In this document: one piece after another, positions 37,887 through 51,023 of the stretch
Layout: every line of letters starts with the position of its first letter
How positions within the stretch are numbered: the first letter of the stretch is position 1
Origin: Felis catus
Taxonomy: Eukaryota
DNA length: 64,000 bases
Assembly: GCF_018350175.1 (NCBI RefSeq)
Contig: NC_058368.1
Span: 140,556,001 to 140,620,000 of the forward strand
Direction of reading: 5' to 3'
Notes under the pieces: model-generated
What the model was told of the DNA's origin: nothing
What the model saw: the letters and a program-made list of their open reading frames with translations, nothing else
Database searches by the model: none
Program-made: the position numbers and the translations under genes

Positions 37887-38065
37887 TGCACGCTGCAGTT
37901 ATAGCCATTAATGAAGCTATTGAAAAAGGAATAGCAGAGCAAACCATCATAACGCTAAGAAACCCAAATGCAGTTTTAACTTTAATAGATGACAACCTTG
38001 CACAGGAGTATCAGAAGGAACTCTGGGAAGCCAAAAAGAGAAAAGAGGAAAGTGCAAGACTGAAG
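37887..38065 (+). CDS. IQGAP2: IQGAP2 coding exon (approx. exon 8)
   Basis: tttcag|TG CAC...CTG AAG|gtattt; 179 bp; HAAVIAINEAIEKGIAEQTIITLRNPNAVLTLIDDNLAQEYQKELWEAKKRKEESARLK. Confidence 0.97.
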
Positions 38066-38683
38066 GTATTTAATTAGATTCCTAGTACTATGGCTATGAG
38101 CATAAAAAAGCCTTTTTGTTAAAAGTGATATTTTTAAATCAACTGGCTGTGGTCTCTGTAGCCATAGGCCATTGGTTTGGGTGAAATTTAAGGGTAAGAG
38201 AAGACTATGCACTATGTAAAAAAAATGAGGTTTCCTTTTATGATGATTCTTCCAAGTTGCAAGGATTAAAGGTCATGTCGTAAATTTTTACTACTTTCCT
38301 GGGAAGTGTAGATACAGTAGCTAAACATCGTCCCTCGTGAGGCATCACCACCTGCAGACCTTGTATTAGCCAGGATACCTTTAGATTCATTATAGAGAGT
38401 AATGATTCATTGCGGTGAAGTTGAGAGATGCTGTTTTTGAATTCACTCTCCTCGTTTTCTCCCATTAGTTCACCCTCATATTTTGCCTTGCGTCCTCTGC
38501 AAGGCAGCCTGATCCTGACTTGACCCAACGTGTCTTACATGACTGTGGGCTTTGTATACACGTAGAGCTTCCATTTCCTGGCCACCTCTCTCCTCCTCAA
38601 GCTCTTGCCACATCAGCTTCAGCTCCGTTCCCAAACTTTTCTCACCTGGTGGCTTCTGGCGCTATCTGGCACACTTGCTCCCT

Positions 38684-38709
38684 CCCCCCCCCCCCCCCCC
38701 CCCCCCCCC
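38684..38709. repeat. C26 homopolymer
   Basis: 26 consecutive C. Confidence 0.95.
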
Positions 38710-39386
38710 GACCACCTGCCTTGAGGTTGTTGACTCACGTGGCTCCTTGCTGCTTTGTTGCCATGGTTCTCCTCTGTATCTCTTAGTGTCTCTTCTTCCT
38801 CCTGCCTCTGTGTATGGGAATTCTTTAAGGTCTGACACTGAATCCCATCTGTCTCTGTTCTTCCTAAGCTCATCCACTCACTGAAGTGATAGGAGCTTGC
38901 TACCAGGCCCTCTAATGCTCCTCCAGGTGACTTCATCTCTGTCCCATGGGCCTTGCCCCTCACTACATAGGAAGAGTGAAGAGTGCTTATCTCTACCCTG
39001 CCCTTGTCACACATGGGCCCCTTACTGACTTCACTTTGGAAAGACTTCGCCCATGTGTTAGAACTCCTTCTGTGCCCCCCATATCCATCTCTGCATTCTG
39101 TTGCCTCTTCTTGCCAGGCTTACATCTGTCTCCCACTTTCTAGTCTTACCATTCTTGTCTCAGCCTTGCCCTCCCCCCTTACCATGCCTCAGGGTTCTTC
39201 CAGCACCTTCCTCAAGGGTGGCCCTGCTTCCTACCATTCTCCGAACCAACCGCTCTCGGAGCTACAGGTGGCAAAAGTAATCTTCAACTACAGATCTGAT
39301 ATCAGCCCCTGGAAACCTCCCTGCATTCCCTGCTGCCTACTGAGTTAAGTACAGGCCCTTCAGTTGGCTTTAAAAAGCCTCCGGAG

Positions 39387-39606
39387 GGGGCACCTGCGTA
39401 ACCCAGTCAGTCAAGCGTCTGATGATCTCACATTTCAGGGATTCAAGCCCTGCACGGAGCTCGCTGCTCTTAGCACAGAGCCCGCTTCAGATCCTCCCTC
39501 CCTCCCTCCCTCTCTCTTTCTCTCTTTCTCTCTCTCTCTCTCTGCTCTTCTCCCTTGCACGCTATCTCTCTCTCTCAAAATGAGTAAATAAACATTAAAA
39601 AAAAAA
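39387..39606 (+). mobile_element. SINEC (internally deleted head) within pyrimidine-rich L2-like relic
   Basis: GGGGCACCTG head, CT tract, AATAAA tail. Confidence 0.85.
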
Positions 39607-40164
39607 CTTCCAGGATACCCAACCAACCTCCCCATCTTTCTGGCTGTGTGCTGTAGCCCAACTTGCCAAACTGTCTTGCCTTTTTCACCAAATCCTGTAG
39701 TCTACACCCTGTTCCCCTCTCTGCCCTGTTCCTCCAGGTTCTCCTCGGTTGTCACCTTGTTCAAGTGTTCTTTCCAACTGAGTGTGTAATTCTACAGAGT
39801 CTGTTCTACGTATATTCGTTATTTATGGTGTCGATATTATTAGATGAATGCAGTGAAATTGCCAATATTCCACTGGCTTCAGTCTACACAAAGTGGCAAT
39901 ATCAAGTGGTCCAACCTAATGTTTTCCACAAGAGACAGTTAGACACTTTCAGAGAGTCACTGGGGCTCTTGTTCGTCTTCGTCATCCCTGCCAGGTGTAT
40001 GTAACCCCAGTGTCTTGCACAGAGCAAGCACTCTTTGGTGCTTATTCTGAATTCAGATGAATCTAAGTAAACCATTTTTCTCACTCTTGGCATTTGGCTT
40101 TTGAATATCGAGATTGGAAACCTTGTATTTAACCTCAGGAATCAGGAAAGACTTTGTCTTGTAG

Positions 40165-40252
40165 AATAACTGTATTTCCGAAGAAGAAAGAGACGCCTAT
40201 GAAGAGCTGCTGACACAAGCAGAAATCCAAGGCAACATCAATAAAGTCAACA
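40165..40252 (+). CDS. IQGAP2: IQGAP2 coding exon (approx. exon 9)
   Basis: ttgtag|AAT AAC...AAC A|gtaagt; 88 bp; NNCISEEERDAYEELLTQAEIQGNINKVN. Confidence 0.97.
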
Positions 40253-40928
40253 GTAAGTAATGAAGGAAACGGAGATACAAAGTTTCCTTGTCAGAATTGC
40301 ACCAAAACTCCATTTGTGTCCTTGTAAAATTGCCTTATGTGGTGAAAAATCCACTAAATGTCAGTGTTGCTCTTAATTATGGTGCGTCATCTGGCAGCAT
40401 CCCATGGAATTTTGGGGGTGATCTTGCCCGCCAGTGCATGCAGAGTATCTTGGAATACCTTGAAGCTAGTTTAGTTCTACCATCTCGTTTCGAACCTATC
40501 CCTTAGTTGGGCTCATATTGAAGGCTGTTTAGTAAAAATTATGACTTAAGGATTTTCATTTCTTGCCCATGATTATGTGACAGTGTTTGACTGGAATTGT
40601 AAAAAATATTGTTGACACCTGTGCTCTTTTTTTTTTACTGTCCAGTCATTGGTTTGCACTTGGTAAGAATTATTTTCTTACAGTGTGTGCACCTTTATGG
40701 CAAGTGAATGAGACTGAATGGGCCAGTGAAATTGCACGGTGGCGGGTTTGAATCCCATGTCCCCGAACTGTTGGGGAGTCTCACAGTGTAATTTCTCTTC
40801 CTATCCAGTTCAGTTGTATGACAGTAAAGAACAGAAAACTAGGGTAATTAAAATTATCACATGTAAGTTCAGAGAGATTAATCTCTTTACTAGGCTTTTT
40901 TCCCATCTCTAATAAAAATTGGTTTCAT

Positions 40929-41140
40929 GGGGCACCTGGGTGGCTCAGTTGGTTAAGTGTCTGACTTCAGCTCCAGTTAAGATCTCATAGTGTGTGGGTT
41001 CAAGCCCTGAATCAGGCTCTGTGCTGACAGCTCAGAGCCTAGAGCCTACTTCAGATTCTGTTTCCCTCTCTCTCTGCCCCTCCCCTGCTTCCTCCCTCCC
41101 TCCCTCCCTCTCTCTCTCAAAAATAAATAGAAATTTTTTA
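40929..41140 (+). mobile_element. SINEC
   Basis: Head, CT tract, TSD AAAA(T/C)TGGTTT. Confidence 0.92.
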
Positions 41141-43352
41141 AAAACTGGTTTTACTTGAGGCAGTAAGGAATTCTACCTGACATTTATTTCCCCTGTGGCT
41201 TTCGAAAAAGCCCATATATACACAAAAAACTAATACATGGAAGACCATTGAGCCCATTTGATAAAGTTTATGAACCATCTGCCCAATTTAAACTTGGGGG
41301 TATCCACTAATTACAACAGTCCTAAGCCTTGTCCCTGATTTAACCTCCTAGATGACCTTTGAATGCTCTTTACTGTACTTAACAGTTCCAAAGACACCAT
41401 AGGTTTTCCCTAGAAGTTTGCCCCAAGTGGCTGGTAGAGACATATTCAAAGGGTTCAAATAGTAATCAAGGAGGCCCAGAGAAAATTGATGTAAATATCT
41501 AGCAGTTAACAACTGAGTGGGTTTGAGAATTTCCCTCACACACAAAATTGCTGACAGCTCCAGGGTAACTTTATTTTTAAGGGATCACCTTAACACCAGG
41601 GAATGTATGTTCTTCTTTCATTCTTATTTAATTTTGAACATATTGGTGATGGTACACGAAACAGTTTTAAGTTTCTCTTTCTGCTGTATTTGAAAACTGA
41701 GAATTTCATTATGCTTGACAGAAATGAATTACAGGAAGAAATTACATTGCCAGCAAGGCAGCTGAGGTGCATAAACTTCGGGAGGAAATGATTCCATAGC
41801 CTTTTGCCATCCTTTATTTTGAAAACAGGTTTCTTTTTCTTTTTCTTCTCTTTTTTTTTTTTGGTTTCTTTTTAATAGAATACCTTATATAAATGTTTTC
41901 ATACTTAATGGCATACTTTTCTGACCACAAATTTCATGCCACAGTGGCTATGCTTTCTTTCCCATTTTCAAATAAAAAGCATGAGATGATTTGCACTGAT
42001 GCATAACCAGCTCAAATTATGAAGGGCATTGCAATGTTCACCGGCTTCCAATGCGTAGAACATGATGATTCTGAAGTTGTTTTCTCTCTCCCCATCTGAA
42101 AATTTATAATCGAATAGAACTAACAACAGTCTTGAAAAACCCACTAGAACATATTTTAGTCAGGGACATGACAATAAGACAACCGTATGCTTTAAAATAA
42201 GTATAGCTACTTGATAAGCCTTTTCTCAACCATGTAGGTTATTATCCTAAAGTGTTAAGGTGTCTGTGTTCATTACAGCCAGAGAAGTGACGTAAGTGAC
42301 AGCTTCGATGGTAATGTCATCAGATCTATTGTCAGAGGCATCAGCTTTGTTTGAACTGCCATCATTTAACTTTTTGGTTTGGCATATGCGTTCCATTAGT
42401 TACAACACATATTCTGTTAAGATCAAGGCGGGAAATACTGTTAAATGCAGAGTATAAGTGAGTGGGTAAGCTCACTTTATTTGTTTACTTTTAGGAGAAA
42501 TGGTTCCTAAAGAGTGTCATAAGGATATGATTTTCTGCTATTTTACCATCCAGTGGTGCACATTCACATAATGGAGTTTTCAAAGGGGAAGTAGAATCCT
42601 CTCCAAAATAATAAGAGACACAGCTGGGAGGCTTTTGGTGACTTTCACACGACAGCAGATGCCACAGATGTCCACTGACCTTTCTTTCTGGGATTTTTTT
42701 TTGTTGGACATAGCCATTCTTAGAATGGAGAAACATGTTGGGGTTCTTAAAGTCCTTTAGAATAAGTGTAAGTTTTGGAGGGGTGTAACAAAGAAAATCA
42801 CATTGGCTGTAAGTATTTCCTGCTGTTGAACGATGTGTGTCAGGAGAAAGGTTATGGAGGGTAACTCCTTGTGAATGAGTTACAGAAGGCAAATTGTCAT
42901 CTGTTCAAAGGGTTAGAGTAATCTTAGCTTTAATCTAGTCACGCATTAGGGAGACAGACTACCCATGAAAAGCTCTAGAATTCTATGAGTCTGTGTACTC
43001 TCTCTTACCCTGAAACTTAATTTACAGGACAAAATGCTGCTGGTTCTGTCCAGTTTGTTGCTGCCTGGTGGCAGGGTCAGTCACTCATTCTTCCAGTTGG
43101 TCAGCAATTCGGTTTCTTTTTTCTGAAAACTGTGATGAATCTACTGTTTCAGGCACCCTCAGTTTGGTCACTAAATTCAGGTCTTTAGAAGCTGAACATT
43201 ACAACGGGTAGAGATCTCACAGAGCTTGTGGTAGGGTCAGATAATGTAAACCAAGGCATTTCTGTGATCAGTGTTTTTGGCTTTGTTTTGTTTTTTAAGG
43301 TTAGGGGATACTGGCACAGTTATTTAATCTTACCAATTTTGGTTGTAATATT

Positions 43353-43603
43353 TTATTTTTTAAATTTTTTGAAGTTCATTTGAGAGAGAGAGAGACAGTG
43401 TAGGTGGTGGTGGGGGAGTCGGGGGGTGGAAAGACAGAGAAAAAGCACCAGTGGGGGAAGGGCAGAGAGACAGAGAGAGTCCCAAGCAGGCTCCACACCG
43501 TCAGCCCAAAGCCCAACGTGGAGCTCAAACTCACAAAACTGAGAGATCATGACCTGATCCGAAACCGAGAGATACTTAACCAACTCAGCCACCCACGCGC
43601 CCC
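43353..43603 (-). mobile_element. SINEC
   Basis: TSD GGTTGTAATATT. Confidence 0.9.
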
Positions 43604-43616
43604 AGGTTGTAATATT

Positions 43617-43618
<2 letters not shown>

Positions 43619-43652
<34 letters not shown>
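43619..43652. repeat. (AC)n microsatellite
   Basis: About 17 AC units. Confidence 0.95.
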
Positions 43653-43654
<2 letters not shown>

Positions 43655-44307
43655 CTACCTGAAATGTTTTTTTCTTAAAGTCACACTTGGCAAAACCCAA
43701 GAGTGGAGGGGAGAGTGTTCTGAGAATGAATACCAACACTCTCAGGCAGCACTCTCTGCAGGTGCTGGCCGGGTTGCCCGTGGTGCTGCATCAGAGTGGG
43801 GTACAGCAGCAGGGTGAGGCTGGCTTCTGAAGTTCATGTAGCTTCGGTCTCCTTGCAAAGGCAGTACTAATACACAAGGAGTGTTCAAAAACAAGGCCTG
43901 TGGGATCCGTATGGCCCATCTCTAAATACTGTGGGGATCCCCAAGTGGTGACCTCTTGAGGAACTGAAACGACCTGAAGCCCTAATGGAAGTGAGACCAG
44001 AGCTGATCCTGAAGGGTAAGATTTCGTAGGGAAGTCATGCTAGACAGGAGTGACCTCAGAGCCCCAGCTCTTTCTTTGCTGAAGTCCTTTTAGGGACCAT
44101 CTCCATGGACTGGACTGACTTCTAGGTACGGAGCTACCATTTCCACGGCTCTGCCTGGCCTCCATCTGCAGCTTTTCAGAGTTCATGGAAAGGGACTGCT
44201 TAGGTTGTAACCCTTGGAAAGATGGGCTGGCTAGGTCAGCAGAGAAAGCTGTGGAAAAAACGGACATTCTGATGGAATGTGACACCCACCCCCCACCCCC
44301 TGCTCAG

Positions 44308-44471
44308 GGCTGGCTGCAGTGAGCCACATCAATGCTGTCATTCGGGAAGGCGACCCCGAGAACACGCTGCTTGCCCTGAAGAGACCGGAGGCCCAGCTGC
44401 CTGAAGTTTATCCTTTTGCTGCTGGGATGTATCAGAACGAACTTTTCAACCTCCAGAAACAGAACGCCATG
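44308..44471 (+). CDS. IQGAP2: IQGAP2 coding exon (approx. exon 10)
   Basis: gctcag|GG CTG...GCC ATG|gtaagt; 164 bp; (R)LAAVSHINAVIREGDPENTLLALKRPEAQLPEVYPFAAGMYQNELFNLQKQNAM. Confidence 0.95.
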
Positions 44472-44919
44472 GTAAGTCCGAGGGCACTCCAGTTACAAAG
44501 ATGTTAATTCTAAGTTAGAGCCGTGAGGAAGGCAGTTTAGGAAAGGTGAATGGGCATAGAGTCTTTAACTTGGATCAACCCCCATTCCCACTCCCTCCCT
44601 GGATCAATTCCATGGCTGAGTTCCTCTTTAAATCCTGCTTTTTATCTCTGTAAAGAATCTGCATAGTTAGGAAATTCAAGCAGAGCTCAACACAAACACA
44701 CCTTGAAAAGAAGTCATTCTTGTTCTCTGGTTTTTGAAACACGTTGGATAACTTTTTCACTATACTGAAATTTTTTTTAACTATGTCATGTTTTTGAAAT
44801 AGAATAATTGGCTGTGAATCTGCAGTTCTAGAAATCTGCAACCAAGAATATTAGCACCATGGCTTTAATTTTTTGTAAATTTCATGCTGCTTAATATGCT
44901 GATGATATTAGACAGTAAT

Positions 44920-45860
44920 ATATACGGTTACAGTATTAAAACCATGTGTACTCGTGTAGGATTAACCCAGACAACGGAACAGAATAAAAATTACTGGAAG
45001 CAGAGCCAAGAATTAAGTAGATGAGAACACTAGTATTTCAAAAAGGTGGGGAAAAGAATGAAATCCTTCCAAGTGTTTAACCATTTGGGAAAGAAAACAT
45101 GACCTCATTCTACATATCAGAATAAATTTCCACTATAAAAAGTTAAATGTAAAAAGTAACTTAAAAAATGAAGGTTCGAAGGAAACGTAAAAAACCCTGG
45201 ATCTTAAAAATCCGAAACGGCACTGTTGCACCAGAAAAAAGCGAGGAGGAGAGGCCGAGAGCATGAACAGCTAATTCACAAAGCAAGGAATATACAATGA
45301 CACACAAAAAATGTCCAACCTCAATCGGAAGTAAATGGGAATTAAAATAGTTATTTTGGGAAATCAGATTGGTAGAGCGTTGAGAGATCTAACGTAGCGT
45401 AGGTATAAATTTGGCACAGTAGGCGTCTTCACAGCCGGTGGAAGCAGGAATGGTGCACCCTTTCTGGAGAATGAGCTCAGCAATGTGTATGCAAGTCTAT
45501 TAGCCATTATCCTGTCAATTACAGTGCTAGGAAAAGAGCCTAAAGAATATGAATCAAAAAGTATTCACAGCATGGTGTATAATACTGAGAAGCAAGGAAC
45601 AAACCATGTGCTTCGCAACAGATTGCACACACTAAATCAAGCAGAAAAAATGAGATCAAAACATACAGCATTGTCTAGAGGGTTTTTGGTAATAGGGATA
45701 AAAACAAGTTCTGCTAAAAAAAAAAAAAACTTCTATAAATGTTTGCATGAATTAAAAATAAAAGGATATACCTTAAAGGGCTTGGGTGGGAGGATTTTTT
45801 TTCTTACTCTTGATTATCAAGACTTCTCATTTTCTGAAAAGAAAGATGTTACTTTATAAT
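44920..45860 (+). mobile_element. Very old L1 (L1ME-like) ORF2 3' relic
   Basis: A-rich, decayed ORF2 landmarks (CAGCTAATTCACA, GGTGCACCCTTTCTGGAG). Confidence 0.55.
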
Positions 45861-46537
45861 AAAAGAAAAAGAGCTTATCTTCTTAAGTTGCACTTAGGTT
45901 CTTTCATTAATAGTTCTCCCACGCCAGCAGCTTTGAAGCCCAAGGCTACTTACGCTCAGGCCTAGTGATTCATTCCTAACTGGTCATCGGTCAGCCTGTG
46001 GTTGTCCAGCCCCATTTCTTCTTTTTCTTATCCTTGCTGCTGTAATACCACATTAGATACTTGTGGGCACTTCACTGGAAAGGGTAGAGGAGGTGGATCT
46101 CAAGTGATTTCATTCTGCTCTTCTGTTTATAATTTTATACCTTCCTTACATGTTAAACATGTAGTTCATGTAAGAAATTTGGATAAAATTTGCTTACATG
46201 CTCCCTATAATAACCTCCTTCTTGCTGTTTGCTTTTGTTACTCTAAAATCCATTGCTGTGAGATACCTGTGGAGATCCAGAAAGCTATAATGCCTTTAAT
46301 ATAAATATTACATTGTATACATTAAATACAGAAAATATCCTAAATGTAAATATAGTTGTCAGCTTTTTTCTATTCATTTGATGCTCCCTCTATGTTCCTT
46401 CACTATGATGGAAGAAGTAACCCTTTTGAAGTTGGACCAAGTTAGTATAAAATGGTTAAAAGGAAGAGAACATTTAAGGGGGAAGGTGTTCTAAAGTGTA
46501 AGATGGGTTGTTTTTTTTAATTTATTTGAGTATAGTT

Positions 46538-46745
46538 TTTTTTAGGTTTATTTATTTATTTTGAGAGAGAGAGAGCATAAGCAAGGGAGGGGCAGAGAGA
46601 GAGAAGGAGAAAGAGAATCCCAAGCAGGCTCCACACTGACAGAGCAGAGCCCAGTACAGGGCTTGATCTCATGAACCAAGAGATAATGACCTGAACCGAA
46701 ATCAAGAGTCAGACGCTCAACCAACTAAGCCACTTAGGTGTCCCT
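46538..46745 (-). mobile_element. SINEC inserted in a short antisense L1 3' fragment
   Basis: TSD TTATTTGAGTATAGTT. Confidence 0.9.
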
Positions 46746-47415
46746 TATTTGAGTATAGTTGATACACAATGCTATATTAATTTCAAGCATGCAAGATAGT
46801 GACTTGAGAAGTTTATGCTATGCACATCGCAAGAATACCTGAGATGTATTTTTTTTTAAATAAACCAAATCCAGAATTATAAATCCTACTTACATTTACC
46901 AAATGATATACTTCACATTTCTTCAAATATTCAGGACTCAGAGTATATTTTAAATTTTCTACCCAGTTATTAACAAGTGACTCAGACTAACTTTTTTGGA
47001 ACTAGAATTGATAGTCTTGCCTTAACAATTGTAGTTTATCTTTCTGGGGTTAGAGGTGAAATTCTCCCCTCTTTTCCTTACTCTTAATTTAAACTGAAAA
47101 TCACTCCCTAAAATCTTAACCTCACACCCTGAGACAGTGGCAGCATTGTCTAATCCCTCATTTAATTATTTGGTAAGTCTGAGCCTGTAAGCAGCTAATA
47201 TAACTGGCGGGAATCAATTATGGAAATGCACATGTTTGTGGAATCATAACCATTGGTTGCCATTAACTCTGTCCCCAAAATGATCAGCTAAGGACAACCC
47301 AGAAGTCTTCACCTGTTCTTTAAAGCCAGTGACAAAGAGGTAGCCAGTGAGCCCTCTTTCTCCTGGGTTCTCAAAATCTTTAATTTTTCATTGTTCTTTG
47401 AAATATGCATTCTAG

Positions 47416-47543
47416 AGGTGCCTGGGTGGTTCAGTCAGTTAAGCATTCAACTCTTGATCTCAGCTCACATTTTGATCCCATGATTGTGAGTTCAAACCTC
47501 AAGTTGGGCTCCATGATGGACGTGGAACCTACTTTAAAAAAAA
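47416..47543 (+). mobile_element. Short older carnivore SINE about 75 bp upstream of exon 11
   Basis: TSD ATGCATTCTA. Confidence 0.85.
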
Positions 47544-47617
47544 ATGCATTCTAAAACCCCATCACATACATGAGGTGTGTAATTTGGGAAACTTTTATTG
47601 CTTACATTTTTCAACAG

Positions 47618-47778
47618 AACTACTTGGCCCACGAGGAGCTCTTGATTGCAGTGGAAATGCTGTCTGCTGTTGCTTTACTAAACCAGGCCTTGGAAAACAA
47701 TGATCTTATGTCCGTGCAGAATCAGCTCAGAAGCCCAACAATAGGCTTCAATAATCTGGATGAATCATATGTAGAACG
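47618..47778 (+). CDS. IQGAP2: IQGAP2 coding exon (approx. exon 11)
   Basis: caacag|AAC TAC...GAA CG|gtaagg; 161 bp; NYLAHEELLIAVEMLSAVALLNQALENNDLMSVQNQLRSPTIGFNNLDESYVER. Confidence 0.97.
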
Positions 47779-48458
47779 GTAAGGGAACATCTTCCAAATC
47801 TCCTTTTAATGCAGAAATGTGTGTTTGGCATATCTTGCATATTAAAGATGTGTTCTTTGCTGAAGAATTCCCTATCACTGTACTCATCTTCTTAAAAGCT
47901 AGTCTACTTTGTTTTGAGAGTCCTTCTAATATGCGTCCTTTTTTACAGCCTTTCTTTTAGGGGGACAAAGAGTCTAAAAATGACCACATTGTGGCTTTGA
48001 CTGATTGATTTGTCATTACCGAAGATTATTGGATAGGCTAAAAATAAAAGAACTATTGAAAACATACCTTCCCTTGGGCTTCTTTTGGAGACAACTGAAT
48101 GTAGAAGAGTTGGAAGGAACTTTAATAACCATCCAGTCTAATCTTCTTTTATTTTACTGATGAGAGAACTAAACTTGGATTTATGGACCTACAGTTGGGC
48201 AGTTGAATCTCAAACCCTGTTCTTTTTGATTGTTAAGCCAAAGGAATCCTGAGACCACAGTGGATCGTGTTAGTGGATAACAGTCTTAGTTTAGCAGCTT
48301 CCATTTCATGTTTCTGAAATATGCTGCTTGATAGTATAAAATGCTATAGCAGTTCTAGAGAGAAAATTAAAGGGCCAGAATAAGGAGCCCATCAGAGATT
48401 CCGTAAGACAAAAGTCCCAAGTTAAAAGGAGTGATTTTCTGTCCTGGATTCTTGTTAG

Positions 48459-48471
48459 CCACTAGGGGGAG
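48459..48471 (+). promoter_or_regulatory. CTCF core motif match
   Basis: GCCACTAGGGGGAG, one deviation from consensus. Confidence 0.45.
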
Positions 48472-51023
48472 ATGTCTGCATAGATCTTGACAAAAGCTCT
48501 TTTCAGGTCCTGATTCCAGCTGGAACTACTTAAATAAGTAGATTGGGTAATTGTCTTGGATCGTGTACATTGTACAAGAAAACTGAAAAGACTTTAGATT
48601 TTTTTTTAAATGCTTTACCACTTGTCTGTGGAGAGAATGGCCCCAAAGCGGGAGGACCGAAGAGTTTGCTTTTTAGTCTTCTTGGAGAAATTGATGCTCT
48701 TATTCTGCATAAATTTGGCCACCTGGTTAATATAACTCTTGAGTCTGTTACCAAGGTAATTTATTTCCACCTCCACTATTTCTAATGGCACCATTCTCTT
48801 CCCCAAGCTTAGAAACCTCAAGTTCAACTCATTTTCCTCAGCCCTCTGCTGCCTTGTGCTATGAACAGCCTGCTCATCTCCTTCCCTGACAACAGCCAGT
48901 GTGGGGGTGTTAGCTCTGTCAAATGTCCCCATTTCCCAGCCAGTACCTCATTTGATTTTTCACCTTTACTTCTGTCATCACTTCCAGATTGGTCCTCCTG
49001 TGTCTTTTCTATCCTCCTCATTTATTCTCATCTAACCAGTCTTTGCTGCTTTCCCTCAGTGCTTAAGTGGAAGACAAAGCTGGTCACTCCTTTATGAAAC
49101 ATACAGCCCCGTGGGGCTGTAATGGGATGTCTTAGTGAGGTAATTGTCATGACTGTCCCACCCATTGGGCATCCTGGCCGCTGTCCTCTAAATAACCGTG
49201 CTCCCTCCCTCCAGATCATCCACTTTGATTACGAAAATTCCTCACTACCTCCCCAGTTTACAAATGACCTGTTAAGGAAATGGTCTCACACCCCATTTGA
49301 AAACCAATTTTACCCCTGTGGTTTTCAACGTGGGCCTACAGATACAGCCCCAGAGTTCAAGTATTCTGTATAGGAAACTTTAAAAATTTGCTCATTTTTA
49401 ATAATCTTTTTAAAGCTTGACTTAAGCACTTTCTGGGCCAGCTGGATGACCAGTACCAAGATGAGATTTCAAGGTTCCCTTTGGTTCTTGTACTGACAGC
49501 CCTCATTGATCTTCTCAGCCTCAGCATTTTACTTGCCTGGTCAGCTTTTTAACTCAGTTCTTGGAAACCCAAGTTCACAGGTTTTCAAGATGAAGAAACG
49601 TGGCTCTATCTGGGCCTCACCCCATGCTTTCCCAAGTTCTTCATAGCACAGGGGCGTGGGGCAGGGCAACCTTGATGAATCAGACAGAGTGTCAACCTAT
49701 TTACCGTGGCTTCCACCCTTGGGCTGTGGTTTCCCAGAAAGACTCATTTGTCTAATTCTCACCAAAGTGCTGTCTAGTTGGTATTGGCTCTAGGCATATG
49801 TTGTCCCAGATTAATTGTTCTAAATGTAGCTGTGGTTATAATGCTCTCCATTTGTTTCTTGTTCTCATCTGAATTAAGAACATACCCCTCACTGTAAACA
49901 TGTTGTTCTAACCTTAGCTCTCGGTCCAGCTCTTCTTGTGTTTTGCACCTCAGCCACCCTGGATCCTAATACACTGTGGACTTTCTGGCCTGCCTGCTGC
50001 TCTACATGGTCGTGTCCCCACCGGGAATGGAGTGCCGGTCACCCCTGTCCTGGCACACTCCCGGAGCTGCCTTCCATAGATTATGCTTTCACAAATTATT
50101 TCCATACTTCTCTCCACCCCAGCTAATGTCATCTCTCCTGAGAACTAGCATTCTGTGGTTAGAGGAACATAGCACCGGAGTCACACATACTTGAGTCTGA
50201 CTCTTCATAGTCTTGTCTCCTCATCTAAGCGCAAAAAAAAAAAAAAAAAAGCAAAAACACTCACTCTGCATCTGCAGAACAGTTTCGAAGATTAAATACT
50301 TGGTTTGATGCCTGTTTCAGGCAAGGTGCTCTACCACTAAGGGTTTCCTCCCACTTCTTCCTTGGAACTTCGTTATTTCTACTCTCCTGGACTGTCTCTC
50401 ACGACCTTTCTTGTGCTCTGCTTTTATACCCTGTTGGAGTTTCTGTCTTCTTGACCCCTGGGCTGAAAGCTCCTGCACCTTGTTCATGCTCACAGCCCTG
50501 CATGCCTGCCACAGGCCTTGCCACGTTGGTATCATGTTAATAATCATTGGCCGAACTGAATTGGGATTGTAATCCTCTTGGAGCTTCAGAAGTCTGTTAG
50601 AAATGCAGCATTACTGGTCTGCCTGTAGCAAACAGTGAGGAGAGCTCAGAGAGGTGTGGAGGGAAAGGACTCGGATCTCTCTGTGAGGGTGAACTGCAGA
50701 GTATTTCTGTGGTTGGTCCCTTAGTACCGGACACTCATCCTCACATGGAAAAGCCAGTGGAGTTCTGCTGCATTACTTGTAAAATCTCTTCCTTTTGGCC
50801 ATCGTTGACTCATTTTGTTTCTAAAGAAACTATGTGCAATTCTGGGATTTTTTTCTGCATTCCTCCTTAAGCTTTCTCGTTTTATTCCCATCGGATCATC
50901 ATTTAGATGTTAAGCATGTGAAATGCCCATGGGGATTTCGCACTTGCTTACAGAATGGTCTCTGTCTATAAGGGGTATTAACAAGTGCAAGTTGAAGTTT
51001 ATCCATTTTGTTATTGTATCCAG

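Noticed and set aside
38520..39014. Poly-Pro and poly-Gly ORFs
   Set aside because: Artefacts of the C26 homopolymer
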